DNA from: Dendrobates tinctorius
Taxonomy: Eukaryota
DNA: 64,000 nucleotides
Reading direction: 5' to 3'
Assembly (NCBI RefSeq): GCF_039654945.1
Contig: NW_027361749.1
Location: 12,648,001 to 12,712,000, forward strand
Shown here: in pieces, positions 36,036 through 49,829 of the stretch
Layout of the letters: every line of letters begins with the position of its first letter
Position numbering within the stretch: the first letter of the stretch is position 1
Translations under genes and position numbers: made by a program
Notes under the pieces: model-generated
What the model was told of the DNA's origin: nothing
Database searches by the model: none
The model's input: only the letters and a program-made list of their open reading frames with translations

Positions 36036-36723
36036 AAGGTCATGGTCTATATCACTGAACTATGCTGCATCACCTTCCAGTAATGCAAAAAAGAAAAAAG
36101 CTAATTCTTGGTCCTTCTAAATGATCTTGCTGTTACTAACCACTTGATTGCACATGCGTCGGTGATCCCACTATGGAAACAACCCTAGCCATTCATATTT
36201 TTATTTGCCCTGCTACCTCTGCTGCTTTAATTCATCTGCCAAAGGTACACAGGCTAAAGATGGGCCTCCGTAACTTGTGGACCAGTGCTTTGTGATTATC
36301 ACCCAGCTTAACATTTGCTAGTCAGCTTTGGCTAGAACCTATATGTTATGGTTGATAATAAACTGTAGATTGTATTTTTGTGTTAAGTTTGCTGCTGTCA
36401 TGTGAGATCACCCTTGTTCTGTAGCACACAAGGTTATAGGACTGTGCCCAAAATGAAATCTCTGCCCTGTGACATCAATGACTGTGTCACTTCCCAGCAA
36501 AAGTCTGCTGTTTGTTTTACAAAGCAGAACAAGAGAAGGACTCTTCTATGCGTCATGCTTGTCTTTGGCATTGATACCGTTTCATAAGTAAATATAGACA
36601 TTGCTGCTAGAGTAAATGTGTGCGCTTATAGGAAGCTGTTCTATCTATGTGCAATAGTTCATACATAAACTGTAAAAGGCTGCTATGCTTCAGAATTGGT
36701 GCATCCGCTTTACAGATTTGCTT

Positions 36724-37125
36724 TCAAAGGGGTTTCCCAGCTCGAAATGAATTTCTGCAGTCACATTATATGACTGCAGATTGCCGAATCCCGCCAGTGT
36801 GCATTGTGCACTTTTTCCAGGATTCCCCTCTATTTCCAGCCCAAGTTGGCGATTGTGACCACTAATATGCAATTTGTTTAGTTGCTGTCACGTGCTTCTC
36901 ATCTGGTCTCTCAATGGAGCACTGAGAGAAGAAGGAAAAGTTGTTAGTCAGCATATGATCATAAGTATACAGACCGCTTTCTTTTTGTCATGTGGATGCC
37001 GGCTCGAGCTGGAAATAGAGGAGAATACTGTTAGTATGCGTATTGCACACTGGCAGTATTCGCCAATTTGTAGTCACATGGAGTAACTGCAGAGATTCAT
37101 GTTGAGCCCGGAGGATCAGTGGAAA
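36724..37125. mobile_element. Palindromic MITE (Kolobok/T2-like)
   Basis: Inverted arms GCAGTCACATTATATGACTGCAGATTGCCGAAT...ATTCGCCAATTTGTAGTCACATGGAGTAACTGC; resembles 1620-1940. Confidence 0.5.
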
Positions 37126-37255
37126 TTATTTTTTCTGATAAACAGGTAATAGGAATAGGTTGTTACTAACAGATCAGTGAAACAGGTAATAGCAATAGGT
37201 TATTACTCACCACTCATCTGCTATCCGCTCCGGCGGTATCCTGAGTTACACAGTA

Positions 37256-38627
37256 TAGTGCCGGCAAAAAAAATCTTTACACATGTGAGGCAAAAAAACA
37301 AAAATGTTACATGTAAATTCTGCGTTATGATTTCACTTCTTAAAAGTGCACACAGTGGAGGAGATAATCAAGAACTGTATAATTGCAAAACTGGCATAAT
37401 TGCCCTTAGCAACTAAACAGAGCTCAGCTTTCACTTTTCACATTGCTCTGGTAAAATAAATGCTGCACTCTGGTTGCTATTGGAATATTAGGACAGTTTT
37501 GCTATAAGTGTTTGATTATCTCCCCCAATGGGTCGGAAGAAGGTTAAAATGGAAGAGAAATCCTGTGCTTTGACTCTTCTAGAGAAAGGGGATTCAGTGA
37601 TTGCTTTAGCTAGAGATCTGGGCGTGTCGAGAGAGACCATTTATAAACTGAAGCCATCGGCGGCGTCATTGCCTCCTGGGATGGTACCCCAGAGGAAGTC
37701 GGGCTTTAGCTCACCTAAGACGACTTCATCAAGGACTAATAAGCATTTGAAGCATGAAGTAATGTTAAATCCTTCTATAACCGCCGTTGAACTGAAAAAC
37801 AAGTACCCTACACTCCTCAAAAAAGTCACAAATAGGATAATTTGTCACTTCCTGCAGAAGGACCTGGGCCTTCCAAGTCGCCATGCTGCAAAGAAGCCCC
37901 TGTCCACAGCAGTAATGAAGAAGAAATGCTTGCCTTTTGTAAGAAATATCAAGATTGGACATGTGAAAAGTGGAAGAAAGTGATGTTTAGTGATAAGAGC
38001 ACTTTTAGGTTGGTCAGGGGAGGCTCAAAGATTGTACGTCGTCCGAGTAATGCGTCACTGTATGACCCGAAATATATGGTTAAGACTGTTAAACACCCTG
38101 ACAGGGTGATGGTGTGGTTCATTCAGTGGAGGCATGGGCAGGGCAAGATTGTACTTCTTTCCCAAGAATGTAAGTATGAAAGCAAGCAGTTATATTAATG
38201 TTTTGAAAGAACATTTGATTATTTTTTGGGTCATTCATCAGTGTGATTACTTTTATGCATGATGGAACCCCCGCCCACAAAGCTAAGGCCGTGACTACAT
38301 TTCTCAATGACCATAGCATTAACATTTTAATGTGGCCAGGTAATTCTTTTGAACTTAACCCCATTGAAAATGCCTGGAATTTAATGAAGAGCAAGGTTCA
38401 ACATCAACGATCTAATGGAGGAACTGAAAACACTGTGGGTAACCATGGACTCCATGTACTTCACCAGCCCTGCTGAATCCATGCCTGAACAACTGCAGAT
38501 GGTGATAATATGTATGGGTGACATGAAAAAATACTAATTGTAACACAATATCTGGAATAAAACATTTGAATATTAAGATTTTGTGGTTTCGTTGAACTTG
38601 TCGTAAAGATTTTTTTTGCTGGCACTA
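37256..38627 (+). mobile_element. Tc1 transposon with short TIRs; frameshifted DD34E transposase 37528-~38520
   Basis: TIR TAGTGCCGGCAAAAAAAATCTTTAC / GTAAAGATTTTTTTTGCTGGCACTA. FSDKS, FMHDGTPAH and LNPIENAW motifs. Confidence 0.9.
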
Positions 38628-38859
38628 CATAATAAAAAAATATAACATCTACCACAAGATATGCTGCAGCACTCTGTATAGAAATGTTCAGTCTGCTGTT
38701 TTTTCCTATACAGTAAAAAAGGATATTCAACAATGACAGAGCCAAAAGGATACTGTTTTGATTTCTGTTTGGTGAGCACAGGCCTAATTGAGGCATGTAC
38801 ATTTATCCCACAATATACACTAAACAAACAGCCCAGATGCTGTATGCCCAGAACCTAAT

Positions 38860-40620
38860 GTACAAGCAATGTTTAAAAAGTTGGGACATTGTGTAAAATG
38901 TAAAGAAACCAAGAATGCAATGATATGGAAATAATTTTTTGTACAATAGAACACCACCTTTTGGAAATTGAAACATAGGCATTTTTCCTTTTCATTTGAA
39001 AAATAAGCTCATTTAGAAATTGATGGCAGCAACACATCTCTCAAAACTTGGGTCAGGGTTAGCAAAATGCTGGAAAAGGCAAGTAGTACTAATTTAAAAA
39101 CATCTGTATGGTCAATTTTCATCAACATGTCACATGACTATAAAAAGAGCATGCTAGAGAGGTAATCTCTCTCAAATGCAAAGATGGTCAGGTTCACCAA
39201 TGTATGAACAACTGCGTCTAAAAAATAACGAAAATTTCAGAAGAATGTTTCTCAATGGAAAATTGTAGTCTTTGAGTATCCCACCATTTATTGTACATAA
39301 TATCAAAGAATCAGATATTCTGTAGAAATCCATGTCCACAAAGGACAATGCCAACAGACAAGATATGGAAGCTCATGATCTAAGGACTCTCTGGTTGCAC
39401 TTTATTAAAATTGGCATGATTTAATAGTGCAGATCATTGCATGGGTTTAGGAATACTTAAATCATTGTATGTGATCACAGTTTCGACATGCAATCCACAA
39501 ATGTAAGTTAAATATATATCATGCTAAGATGAACCATATATCAAAACAATCTGGAAATTCTTGTCAATTCCTCAGACCGAAACTGATTTAAAATGGACTG
39601 AGACAAAATATGAAACTGTTACCTAATCAAATTTGTTAAAATATTAAATTCTTTTTTGAAACCACGGGCACCGTATCCTGCAGATTCGAGAAGAGAGGGA
39701 CCCATCCAGCTTATCAGCACACCACTCAAATGCCTGCTTCTCTGATGGTATACAGTTGCATTAGTGCCTATGGCATGATTACACATTTTGAGAGTCCCTG
39801 AGCATCATATCATGGTTTTAGGGTCCCGTTTCACATGGCGACGCACCAGCGATCCCGACAACTATACAACCTGGTAAGGATCGCTGGTGCATCGCTAAAT
39901 GGTTGCTAGTAAGCTGCCAAACAGGCAGATCTCTTCAGCAACGCAGCAACGATCTGGCGATCCATATAACGACCTCGTCGTTTGTTGGTACCTTGTCACA
40001 CTGCAACTATTCTGAACGATTCCAGCCTGCATCCCTGAGTTCTGCGTCGCCAACGAGGTCGACGATGAAAAAATGGCCCAGGACATTTCAGCACGATCAG
40101 CGATATCCAGTGGGGGGCCGGTCGCCGCTACACGTCACATGTAGCGAGATCGCTGTTGCGTCACAAAATCAGTGATGCTTTAGCCATCTCGCTAGCCATC
40201 TCGCTATGTGAGACGGGGGCTTTAGAATAACATATTCTCCCATCCAGGCAGCATTTATTTCGGGAAGGCCTTGCACATTTCAGCAAGATAATGCTAAACC
40301 ACATTCTTCATCCATCAGAATTGCATGACTTCACAGAAGCAGCCTTCAGGTGATAAATTGGCTTTCTGCAGTCCAGACTTTTCACCAATAGAAAACAATT
40401 GGTGCATTATGGAAAAAAAATCCAGAAGGGAAAACCCAAGACTGTTGAGCAGCTAGAATCCTACATAAAATTGGGACAACATTCCTCTCCCAAAACTCCA
40501 GCAATTTGGTCTCCTCACTCATGATGTTTGCAGTCTGTTGTTGGCCCCATCCAACTTTTTTGAGATCTGTTGCTGCGATCTTCAATTTCTAATTGATTTA
40601 TTTTTTGCAAATGAAATGTA
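38860..40620 (+). mobile_element. Old decayed Tc1 interrupted by a MITE
   Basis: AAAAAGTTGGGACA / CCAACTTTTT end motifs; FQQDNAKPH and SPD.SPIE remnants at 40278-40395. Confidence 0.7.
39821..40221. mobile_element. PIF/Harbinger-type MITE, AGCGAT family (copy 3, divergent core)
   Basis: TTA TSD at 39818-39820 and 40222-40224. Confidence 0.88.
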
Positions 40621-42249
40621 AAAAATATTTAACTATTACATCATTGCTGCTAAACTTTTAACCCTTCTAATATCCTAACAAAGTAAAAGGGTGTTTCAAA
40701 TAGTAGACACATGGGAAACGTTATTTATTAACCATACGTCATAAGTGCAGGAATATCATTTTGAAAATGGCAAATTTTACCAAATTTTTGACAAATGTTC
40801 AATATTTTAATAAACACAGACTTGATCTAACCACTATCATGAGATACAATATGTTAAAAAACAAACTTTCTCAGAATCACTGAGATTAGAAGAAGTATTC
40901 CATAGTTACTGCTGCAAGGTAACACATGTCAGATTTTAAAAATGGGTTTTCATGGTAAGAGGTTAAAAACATGGTCAATTACTGCATCACAAAACAGCAA
41001 AACAAATTACGGTAAAACAGTCTGCGGTTTCAAACACATTTTTAAAGAAGTTTTTTAGTTTTGTTACAACGATAATGTGTGAGTATACCTTTAAAGAGTT
41101 TTTCCTAGAAATGACATTTATCACATATGGACAAAATAAGTGATAAATGTATGATTGCTGGGATCCTACTGGTCTGAAAAATAAGTCCCCCTGTGTGGAT
41201 GGATTGGGTAGTGCAAGTGTGCAGACAATGCTTCCTTCATACAGTCTTTGGCACTGACAGATAATGGAGTACACAATTCTGCTGTCCTCCAGTTCCATAA
41301 AACCTCTTTTCTGTTGGGTGTTGAAGGTCAGACCTTATTGATAATACATTTATCACACATGCTTTAGAAAGGTCTCAAAAGTTTAAAAGAAAACCTCTCC
41401 AATTCACACAAGCAACTGCTCAGTGAATAACACATCTGGACAGGTTGTCAGCTTGTAAATTAATATTTCTTCTTAATTTACAGTGAGCAAGTAATTGCTG
41501 AGGAATTTTTGAATAATCAAAATTTCAATTCAATTTAAAAGTTCTACAGCCATTTATGAGAAAAGAAAGCACCTGTTAAGTATAGATTTTTTTAAATAGA
41601 AAATGCAAGTGACGCAGTGTAGAATATTGATGCCAGCTTTGGAGGTACTGTGTTTTATCCAAAAAGTTCCCGTGAGATTTCTCTTGCTGAAGTTAAATGC
41701 TATATTTATATGCAAGAAAGTATTGAGTAATGCGGCTGCTGCCAAATAATATTCCTCTTGCTGGCACAGTGCAAGAAAGCATGACTTTATGTTGGATGTA
41801 GATGAAACCGGAGGAAACTCATTGGTGCTTGGACTTCATAGAACATCAAACTCTTAGAAACACAACCACAATTTTAAGGAATGGAAACTGGCATGGTATT
41901 CTAAAATTAATCTTTCTGTAGTTTTGCATCTACGTTGTAAAATAGAGACCGCTATTACTTGGAAAATCTCTTGTATTAAAGGGAATCGGTCAGCATTTTT
42001 TTGCTACGTAATCTGAGAGCGCCATGATGTAGGAGTAGAGACCCTGACTATAGTGATGTCTCTTACTGGACTGTGTTTTGTTGTTTCAATACAATCAGTC
42101 TTTTATCAGCATGAGATTATCAGCAAAGGACATTTGCCTCCTAGTCCATCCACACCCCCAACACTGATTAGCAGCCATCTCTCACTATAAACTGTACACA
42201 GAAAGCTGTGGTGCGGTCAGGGTTATGCAGAGCTGAATAGTGATGGAGT

Positions 42250-44130
42250 GAGGCTTGCAAATGAGTCCAAAGCAATAAAAAAAAAAAGATTTTGGGGGAA
42301 TGTCAAAAGCAAAAGAAAAGTCAAATATGCTATATGATTTTTGCAGGATGAAATGGATGAAGTAGTAAAAAATGGTGTTGAGAAGGCCGAACTTTAAAAT
42401 CCCTATTTTCCATCTGTGTTCTCTAAGAAAGCAATTGTAACATCAACTGATCTTCATGGTGCCATCGAAGGAATAAAAGAATCCCCACAATCTATAAACA
42501 GAGGGATGGTGAAGGAACACTTATCTAATTTAAATGAATTTAAATCCCCTGGTCAAGATGAATTACATCCTAGTGTACTGAAAGGGTTAGCAGAGGAATT
42601 TGCAGAACCACTAGCCAGAATCTTTGAAAAATCATGGAAAACAGGGGAAATCTCAGAAGATTGGAGAAGCGCAAATGTTGTCCCTATCATCAAAAAAGAT
42701 GGAGCCAGGAAATTACAGGTCAGTGAGCCTTGCTTCTATACCAGAAAAGGTCTTTGAACAAATTATTAAACTGCATGTATGCAAGTACTTGGATAACAAT
42801 ACAGTAGTTAACCAGAGCCAGTATGGGTTTGTAGTCATAGCAGACTAAAATAATTTTGGTCATGGCAGACTAATCTAATTTCCTTCTATGATGGAATCAC
42901 TGATTTTCTGGATCTGGGAAATGCAGTATATATGGTATATATCGACTTCAGCAAAGCATTTGATAAAGTATCTCATTCTCCTTACTGAAAAAATGACCAA
43001 GTATGGGATTGACAAGGCTACATTGAGGTGGATTCATAAATGACTCAGTGATCATACTCCCGAGTGGTAATAAATGGTTGTACATCCAATTGGAAAAGTG
43101 TTTCAAGTGGGATGCCACAATGCCCTGTCCTGGTCCAAGGTTGGTCACATTTTTACAAATGATCTAGATAAGGGAGCTGAAGGTAAACTAATCAAATTTG
43201 CAGATAAAGCTAGGAGGGATAGCTAAAGCCCCCGTTACACACAGCGAGATCGCTAGCGATATCGCTAAAGTGTCACCGATTTTGTGACGCAGCAGTGATA
43301 TTGCTAGCGATATCGCTATGTGTGATACTTACCTCCAACCGGCTCCCCTGCTGGTTATCGCTGATCGCGCGAGGATGTCCTGGACCGTTTCTCGTCGGCC
43401 ACTTCCTGCTGGGGCCGACGAGCGACGCGTGGACACGGGTGGGAGGACGTCTTCATCGCCGCGTCTGACAGGTAAGTAACGACCACCGACCGCTGCTATG
43501 TCGCTGGCGAGATCTGCCTGTTTGGCAGCTCAGTAGCGACCATTTAGCAATGCCCCAGCGATCCTGACCGGGTCGTATCGTGGTCGGAATCGCTGGTGCA
43601 TTGCTAAATGTAACAGTACCCTAACACTAGAAAAGACAGAAAGGATTCAGAAGGATCTAGATAAGCTTGAACAATGGGTAGCGACTAATAGAATGGTATT
43701 TAACAGTGAGAAATGCAAGATTCTACATCAAAGCAAGAAAAAAGAAAATTACATCTACAGAATGGGAGGAATAGAACTAAGCAACAGCACGGTTGAAAAA
43801 GACTTGGATCACAGACTGCACATGAGTCAACATTGTGATGCAGTAGCTAAAAAGGCAAGCACAGTTCTAGGATGTTTAAAGAGAAGCATAAAGTCTAGAA
43901 CACGTAAAGTAATTATCCTCCTTCACTCCTCCTTGGTCAGGCCTCATCTGGAATACTGTGTCCAGTTTTGGGCATCACATTTTGAAAAAAAGACATTGAA
44001 AAATTGGAGCAAATTCAGAGAAGAGCTACCAGAATGGTGAGTGGTCTGCCAAGTAAGTCCTACTAGGAACGGTTAAATGATCTGGGAATGTTTAGCTTGC
44101 AAAAAAAAAAGGTTAAGAGGAGACTTAATA
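42250..44130 (+). pseudogene. CR1 LINE ORF2 fragment (RT), decayed
   Basis: KSPGQDELHP.VLK.LA...EPLARIFEKSW.TGE..EDWRSANVVPI, DFSKAFDKV, FNSEKCKILH and LVRPHLEYCVQFW motifs. Confidence 0.9.
43227..43621. mobile_element. PIF/Harbinger-type MITE, AGCGAT family (copy 4), inside CR1
   Basis: TAA TSD at 43224-43226 and 43622-43624. Confidence 0.9.
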
Positions 44131-44339
44131 GGATAGAGTCTATCACAGTGATCAAAATGAACCAATAGGAAAAATTTCCTATTGTTGCCGGGTGCCGGCC
44201 AGAAGATCTCCGTGTGCGCACTGCCATTTTCTCCCGGAAGAAGACGCCGGCGGCCCGGGGGACTTCACGGAGGGTTGCAGGAATACCAGAGGTACTGGGG
44301 GGATCAGGGGACCAAATTTCTCTCTCCACTAATGTGCGA

Positions 44340-44837
44340 TCTCCAAACCTGAACCCCATTGAAAACCTCTGGAATGTAATCAAGAGGAAGATGGATAGTC
44401 ACAAAGCCATCAAGCAAAGAAGAACTGCTTAAATTTTTGTACCAGGAGTGGCATAAGGTCACCCAAAAGCAATGTGAAAGACTGGTGGAAACCATGCCAA
44501 GACACATGAAAGCTGTGATTAAAAATCATGGTTATTCCACAAAACATTGATTTCTGAACTCTTCCTGAGGTAAAACATTAGTATTGTTGTTTTTAAATGA
44601 TTATGAACTTGTTTTCTTAGCATTATTTGAAGTCTGCAAGCACTACATTTTTTTTGACCATTTCTCATTTTCTGAAAATAAATACAAAATTTAGTGCTTG
44701 GAAATTCGAAGACATGTTGTCAGTAGTTTATAGAATAAAAGAGAGCAATTTACATTTTACTCAAAAATATACCTTTAAAGAGAAAAATCAGACAAACTGA
44801 AAATTTTGCAGTGGTCTCTTAATTTTTGCCAGAGCTG
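44340..44837 (+). mobile_element. Tc1 3' end with right TIR
   Basis: [18 protein letters not shown]; ends GTGGTCTCTTAATTTTTGCCAGAGCTG-TA. Confidence 0.8.
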
Positions 44838-44980
44838 TATATTAAAAATAAAAATTAGAAATCTTCCAATTCTTACACTGGCACAAAGTCTTTTTTGGGC
44901 TTTGTTGTTTCAGGAAACAATGCTTGAAATGGTGCCACAATGAACAGACTCAGAACTTTTTTTTGTCTTCAAGCATTTAA

Positions 44981-47130
44981 CCCCTTTCTCACATTTGTCA
45001 TAATAATACGTCCCTATTCCCTGGGCCATTTTTATCTGGGACGGATTATGTCATCGCAATCACCCCAGCACACAGGCTGCGCGCCGGTGATCACCGCCAA
45101 GTGTTAGCTGATTCTGACAGCTGACGCCCGGCACTAAGTGCCAGGAGCAGTCTTGGCACTTGTAACACCCTAAATACTGTGATTGACACAGCTCCCAGCA
45201 CTTTAACCCCCTGAATGCTGCGATCCAATGCAATCACAGTATTCCGGGAACCAGCAAAGGGATGACAGCCCCTCTGCCTTTGGATCTGAAACCCTGCTGT
45301 GTGACGACATCTGGGTCACCAGAGCTGGGAAAGTTGCTTGATCATGCGCACTGCATGATCAGCAACTTTCTCTCTGAGTGCAGAGCTGACAGTTTGTGCA
45401 GCACTGCTGCATCCCTATGGTGTACAAGTGATCAGCCTGCAAAAAGTAAAAGTAATTTTTTTTTATTTTAATTGTAAAAATATTTTAAAAAATAATAAGA
45501 TCAAGATATTGTATCTATATATAAATATTTGTGTGAAAAAAATAAAAAAAATACACATATTTGGTATTGCCGCTTCTGCAATGACCCGACCTAAAAAACT
45601 GTCCCACTAGTTAACCCCTTTAGTGAACACTATAAAAAAATAACAAGGCAAAAAGAATGGTTTATCATTGTACCACCGAGCAAAAAGTGGAATAAAGCAC
45701 GAGCAAAAAGACGGATATAAATAAACATGGTACTGCTGAAAACATCATCTTGTCCCACAAAAAAACTAGATTGTCATACAGCTCCATCAGTGGAAAAATA
45801 AAGTTATAGCTCTCAGAATAAAGTGATGCAAAAATAATTATTTTTCTATAAAATAGTTTTTATTGTATATAAGCGCCAAAACATAAAGAAAACTTTAAAA
45901 ATGTATTGCTGTAATCGTACTGACCAGAAGAAAAAAAACTGCCTTATCAATTTTACCACAAACGGAACTGCATAAACCTCTTCCCCCGAAAAAAAATTGA
46001 ATTGCTGATTTTTGTTCGTTCTGCCTCCCAAAAATCAGAATAGAAAGCGATCAAAAAATGTAATGTGCACAAAAATGGTACCAATAAAAACATCAACTCA
46101 TACCTCAATAAACAAGCCCTCACATGACACTGTGGAACAAAATATGGAAAAATTATAGCTCTCAAAATATAGTGATGCAAAAACTATTCTTTTTTATATC
46201 TTTTAGTGTGTGACAGCAGCCAAACTTAAAAACCCGATATAAATCTGGTGTCACTGTAATCACACCGATCCGAAGAATGTCACCTAATCACTTATGCCAC
46301 TCGAGGAATGGCGTAAAAATTAATTAAAATCAATTTTTCACATGCTGTTGATTTTTTCATTCTGCCTCCCAAAGAGTCTTTCCATATTGCTAAGTAGTAA
46401 TGTACAGCCACATATGAGGTAGTGCCACGTTCAGTAGAAATTGTGGGACAAATTATAGTGCCATTTTTATCCACTTCTTGTGTGAAAATGTAAAATCTGG
46501 GGCTACAAAAAAAAATTTGGTGGTAAAAAATTTACTTTTTTTTTCTTCACTGCCCAATAAAATTCTGTGACACAGCCGTGTTGTCAATATGATCACTGCA
46601 AACCTAGATGAATTCATTGAGAGGTGTAGTTTGTAAAATCGGGTCACTTATGGGGGGTTCTGCTATTTTGGCACCTCATGGGCTCTCCCAGTGGGTCATG
46701 GCACCTGCAAACCATAACAGTAAAATCTGACGCTCCTTGCCTTCTGAGCTTTGCACTGTGCCTGAAAAATATTTCCCGATTTACATGTATGGTATTGTGA
46801 CGTTCAGGAAAAAATGAACCTCAGTTTGTTGTAAATAAAATGTCATATTAGCCCTTAGAAAAATTAAAAACTTGGGGCTAAAACAACATTTTAGTGGTAA
46901 AAATTTAATTTATTCTTTCTTCAGAATGGTATCAAATTCTGTGAAGCACGTGTCAATATGATCACTGCACCCCTAGATGAATTCATTGGGGAGTGTAGTT
47001 TGTAAAATGAGTTCACATATAGGGGGTTCTGTTGTTCTGGCTCCTCAGGCGCTCTTTCAATGTGACATAGCACCCTCAAACCATTCCAGAAAAATCTGAA
47101 CTCCACTATGTGCTTTGCATTACGTAGAGA
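44981..47130 (+). mobile_element. Non-autonomous piggyBac-type element, 3'-truncated
   Basis: TTAA-CCCCTT start; colinear similarity of 45550-46200 with 2690-3370. Confidence 0.8.
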
Positions 47131-49043
47131 TTCAGAAGTCCAGGTACCCAATTTGCATAGCTATGCCATGATACCACTGTAACACAGCAATACGGTTGAC
47201 GATTGGTATATCTGTAGCTAATTCTGCAGTTAGCTATGTGCTTTGTTAAATAGAGGCTGTAGAAGGTAAACTGTCAACAGTTTTAAGAAACCCTATGGTT
47301 AAAAATGCTTCTTAGCCAAGAATGCACACAACAAAGATAAAAAAGAGATTCCTTAAAATGTGTCCATATCCTTTAAAGTATTTGTACAGGCTAAATAGAT
47401 TGATGACCTATCTTTAGAATACGTCATCATTATTAAATTGTTGGGGGTCCAACACCCGGCCCCCGGACTGATCAGTTGCTCTGGCAGAGGCCAGATGTAA
47501 ACAAAGTAGAACAGAACAGCTCCATTCACCATTACAGAGAGCTGAAACTCAGCTCGATTCAAGAGTATAAGGATAGGTCATCAGTATTATTATCCTGAAC
47601 AAACCCTTTTGTAGGACTTTATTATGATTTTATTCCCCTTACACTTATTGAGTTTACTCATATCCACAAATCAGAACCTTGTAGTGCATGTTGTGATTTT
47701 TCTAACATGGTCAATGTCTGGAAAAAAGTTTGTCTGAATTGTGCTAGTAGCTTTCATTGATCTGTTTCCAGTTTGTTTGTCCACTTAGTAAATACACACT
47801 TTGTCCTGCAAGATTTTTATGAGCACACAATATTAGTTTGGCCTACAATAAATGTGAACCAGCCTAAGGCAGAATTTGGATGTCCATGTTTTACTGTGAG
47901 CATAGGTACCACAGAGTCCTAGAAGACCCCTGATCTCCTGACCTGAACTAACAGACCTACGTGCTCCCTGTGATACTTTTGTATGGGGTCAGGAGACCTG
48001 TGGTCAATACGGACTATGAAACACTAATGTCTGTATTTAGATTTACCCTTGTGTGAATGTCTTGATATACTGTGCTTTCTTTGGTTCGCTGCTTATCCTC
48101 ATGAAAGGTGATTTATAATATCCGTTATGTTTTTGTTTATAACTAAACATTGACCTCCATGTAAACGCATACTATGCTTAAAGCCATTTCATAATTATTA
48201 AAGTAATATTTGTTCAGAAAGATCGCTAAATGAAAATAAAAGTTCAGAAAACATAACAGAAACAAGGATATTTCAGTTGTTGATTCTTACTTAGTATCAA
48301 AACAACCCCCTGCTTGCGTCTGCTTTAAGTGAGCTGTGTGTGTTTGTGGTTAGGTTTTAGCTAAGCGTACAAACATGAAGTAGAATTGTAAACCACAGCT
48401 GACATCAATCGCTTTCTGTTTACTATTGATGTGTGCCTGGAAGACCCTAAAGACATCATACGTCTTTGTTTGAAGTATACATAATTCTGTGGCTATTGGT
48501 TATGGACTGTATGATGCTGTAAACATATATAGTTGCATAGATTCAACTTAAAGGGGTTGCCCATAAGTAGATCAGCAATATCTCATCCTTAGGAGGTCCG
48601 GCACCCTACACTCGCACTATCAGCTGTTACAAGCACTGTCAACAGACGGATGTAAACACACATATAGGTCATCAATATATATTTTGACTGAACAACCACT
48701 TTAACCAGAAATATTGGTGTTTCAGGAGCAGAAAGTAAATCTATATGGCCTTCATCACTTACGTTTTTTAAAGTTACCGTAGATTTGCAGTCTATGGTCA
48801 TTTCACACAATTTCTCAAGGCATCATGTATTGGAACAGAATAAAGCCAATCTAACTTTTCAAAAGGTCTAACTGGTGAGTGCTGTAGTATAGATTTACTC
48901 AGTCCACTGGAAATTTTGCTTGTTTGCTGAACTTTTATGCTGAGCACCACCAGCATAACATTCTGAAACCTGTTATCACTACCATTCCTATTGAGGTTGA
49001 TGTCTCCATATAGGTAGTACCAACTACAGTACTTATGAAATTA

Positions 49044-49829
49044 AAAACCTATGTAGAAAGGAAATAGTCCTCCAAACAATGCTAAAATAATGAATACGTA
49101 ATTTTTATTAGAGCATACAATTTAAAAATGGTAAAATAGCGACTTGGAGATGAATAATAAATATTAGTAAGAGCCAGAGAAAAGCATAAATACCCAGAAT
49201 GTAGAAAGTTCCAGTGTAACCCCTTGATGCGCGTTTCTATGTCTGTCTTCCTCCGAAGGGGTGCACTCTTATATGTTTACTATTGATCCAACTTTTCATT
49301 TGAGCTATGGTGTGCACCTTTTGTCTCTGGATTGCCTTATGAGTTTTTGAATTTGTCACTTCCTTGTTATCTGTTCATTATCCTTCTCATTAGGAGATAC
49401 CAGAGATAAAAAAAAACAGCATTGTTCGGATAATTTACCTAAATAATCTTTCAGCATCCATTTTTTAGTCCATTTGTTTGCACTTTACTTACTTAGAATA
49501 CTATTGCTATTTATTTCATATATGTGCTTTGTGCAACTAAGAGCATTCTCTATAGGAATTTACAATTTGTATCCAATCTTGGATGCAATATATTTTTTCT
49601 ACTTCTGGACACTATCCCTTTAGCTTTGTTCCAGTGTTTGCTTGTTCTATTTTCTGTATGGTCTGTTTTCATCTCCAAGTCACTATTTTACCATTTTTAA
49701 ATTGTATGTTCTAATAAAAATTAGTTATTCATTATTTAAAGTTTGTTTGGAGGACTTTTTCCTTTCTACATATTTTTTGTTTGTATCACGGTCCTACGTG
49801 TTTATTATGTAGGGCATCTTTCTTGTTCT
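49044..49829. mobile_element. Penelope-like element fragment with inverted arms
   Basis: Inverted repeat 49050-49154 / 49669-49773. Flanking 14-bp direct repeat TACTTATGAA(A/T)TTA. Hammerhead-like motif at 49220-49261. Confidence 0.6.
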
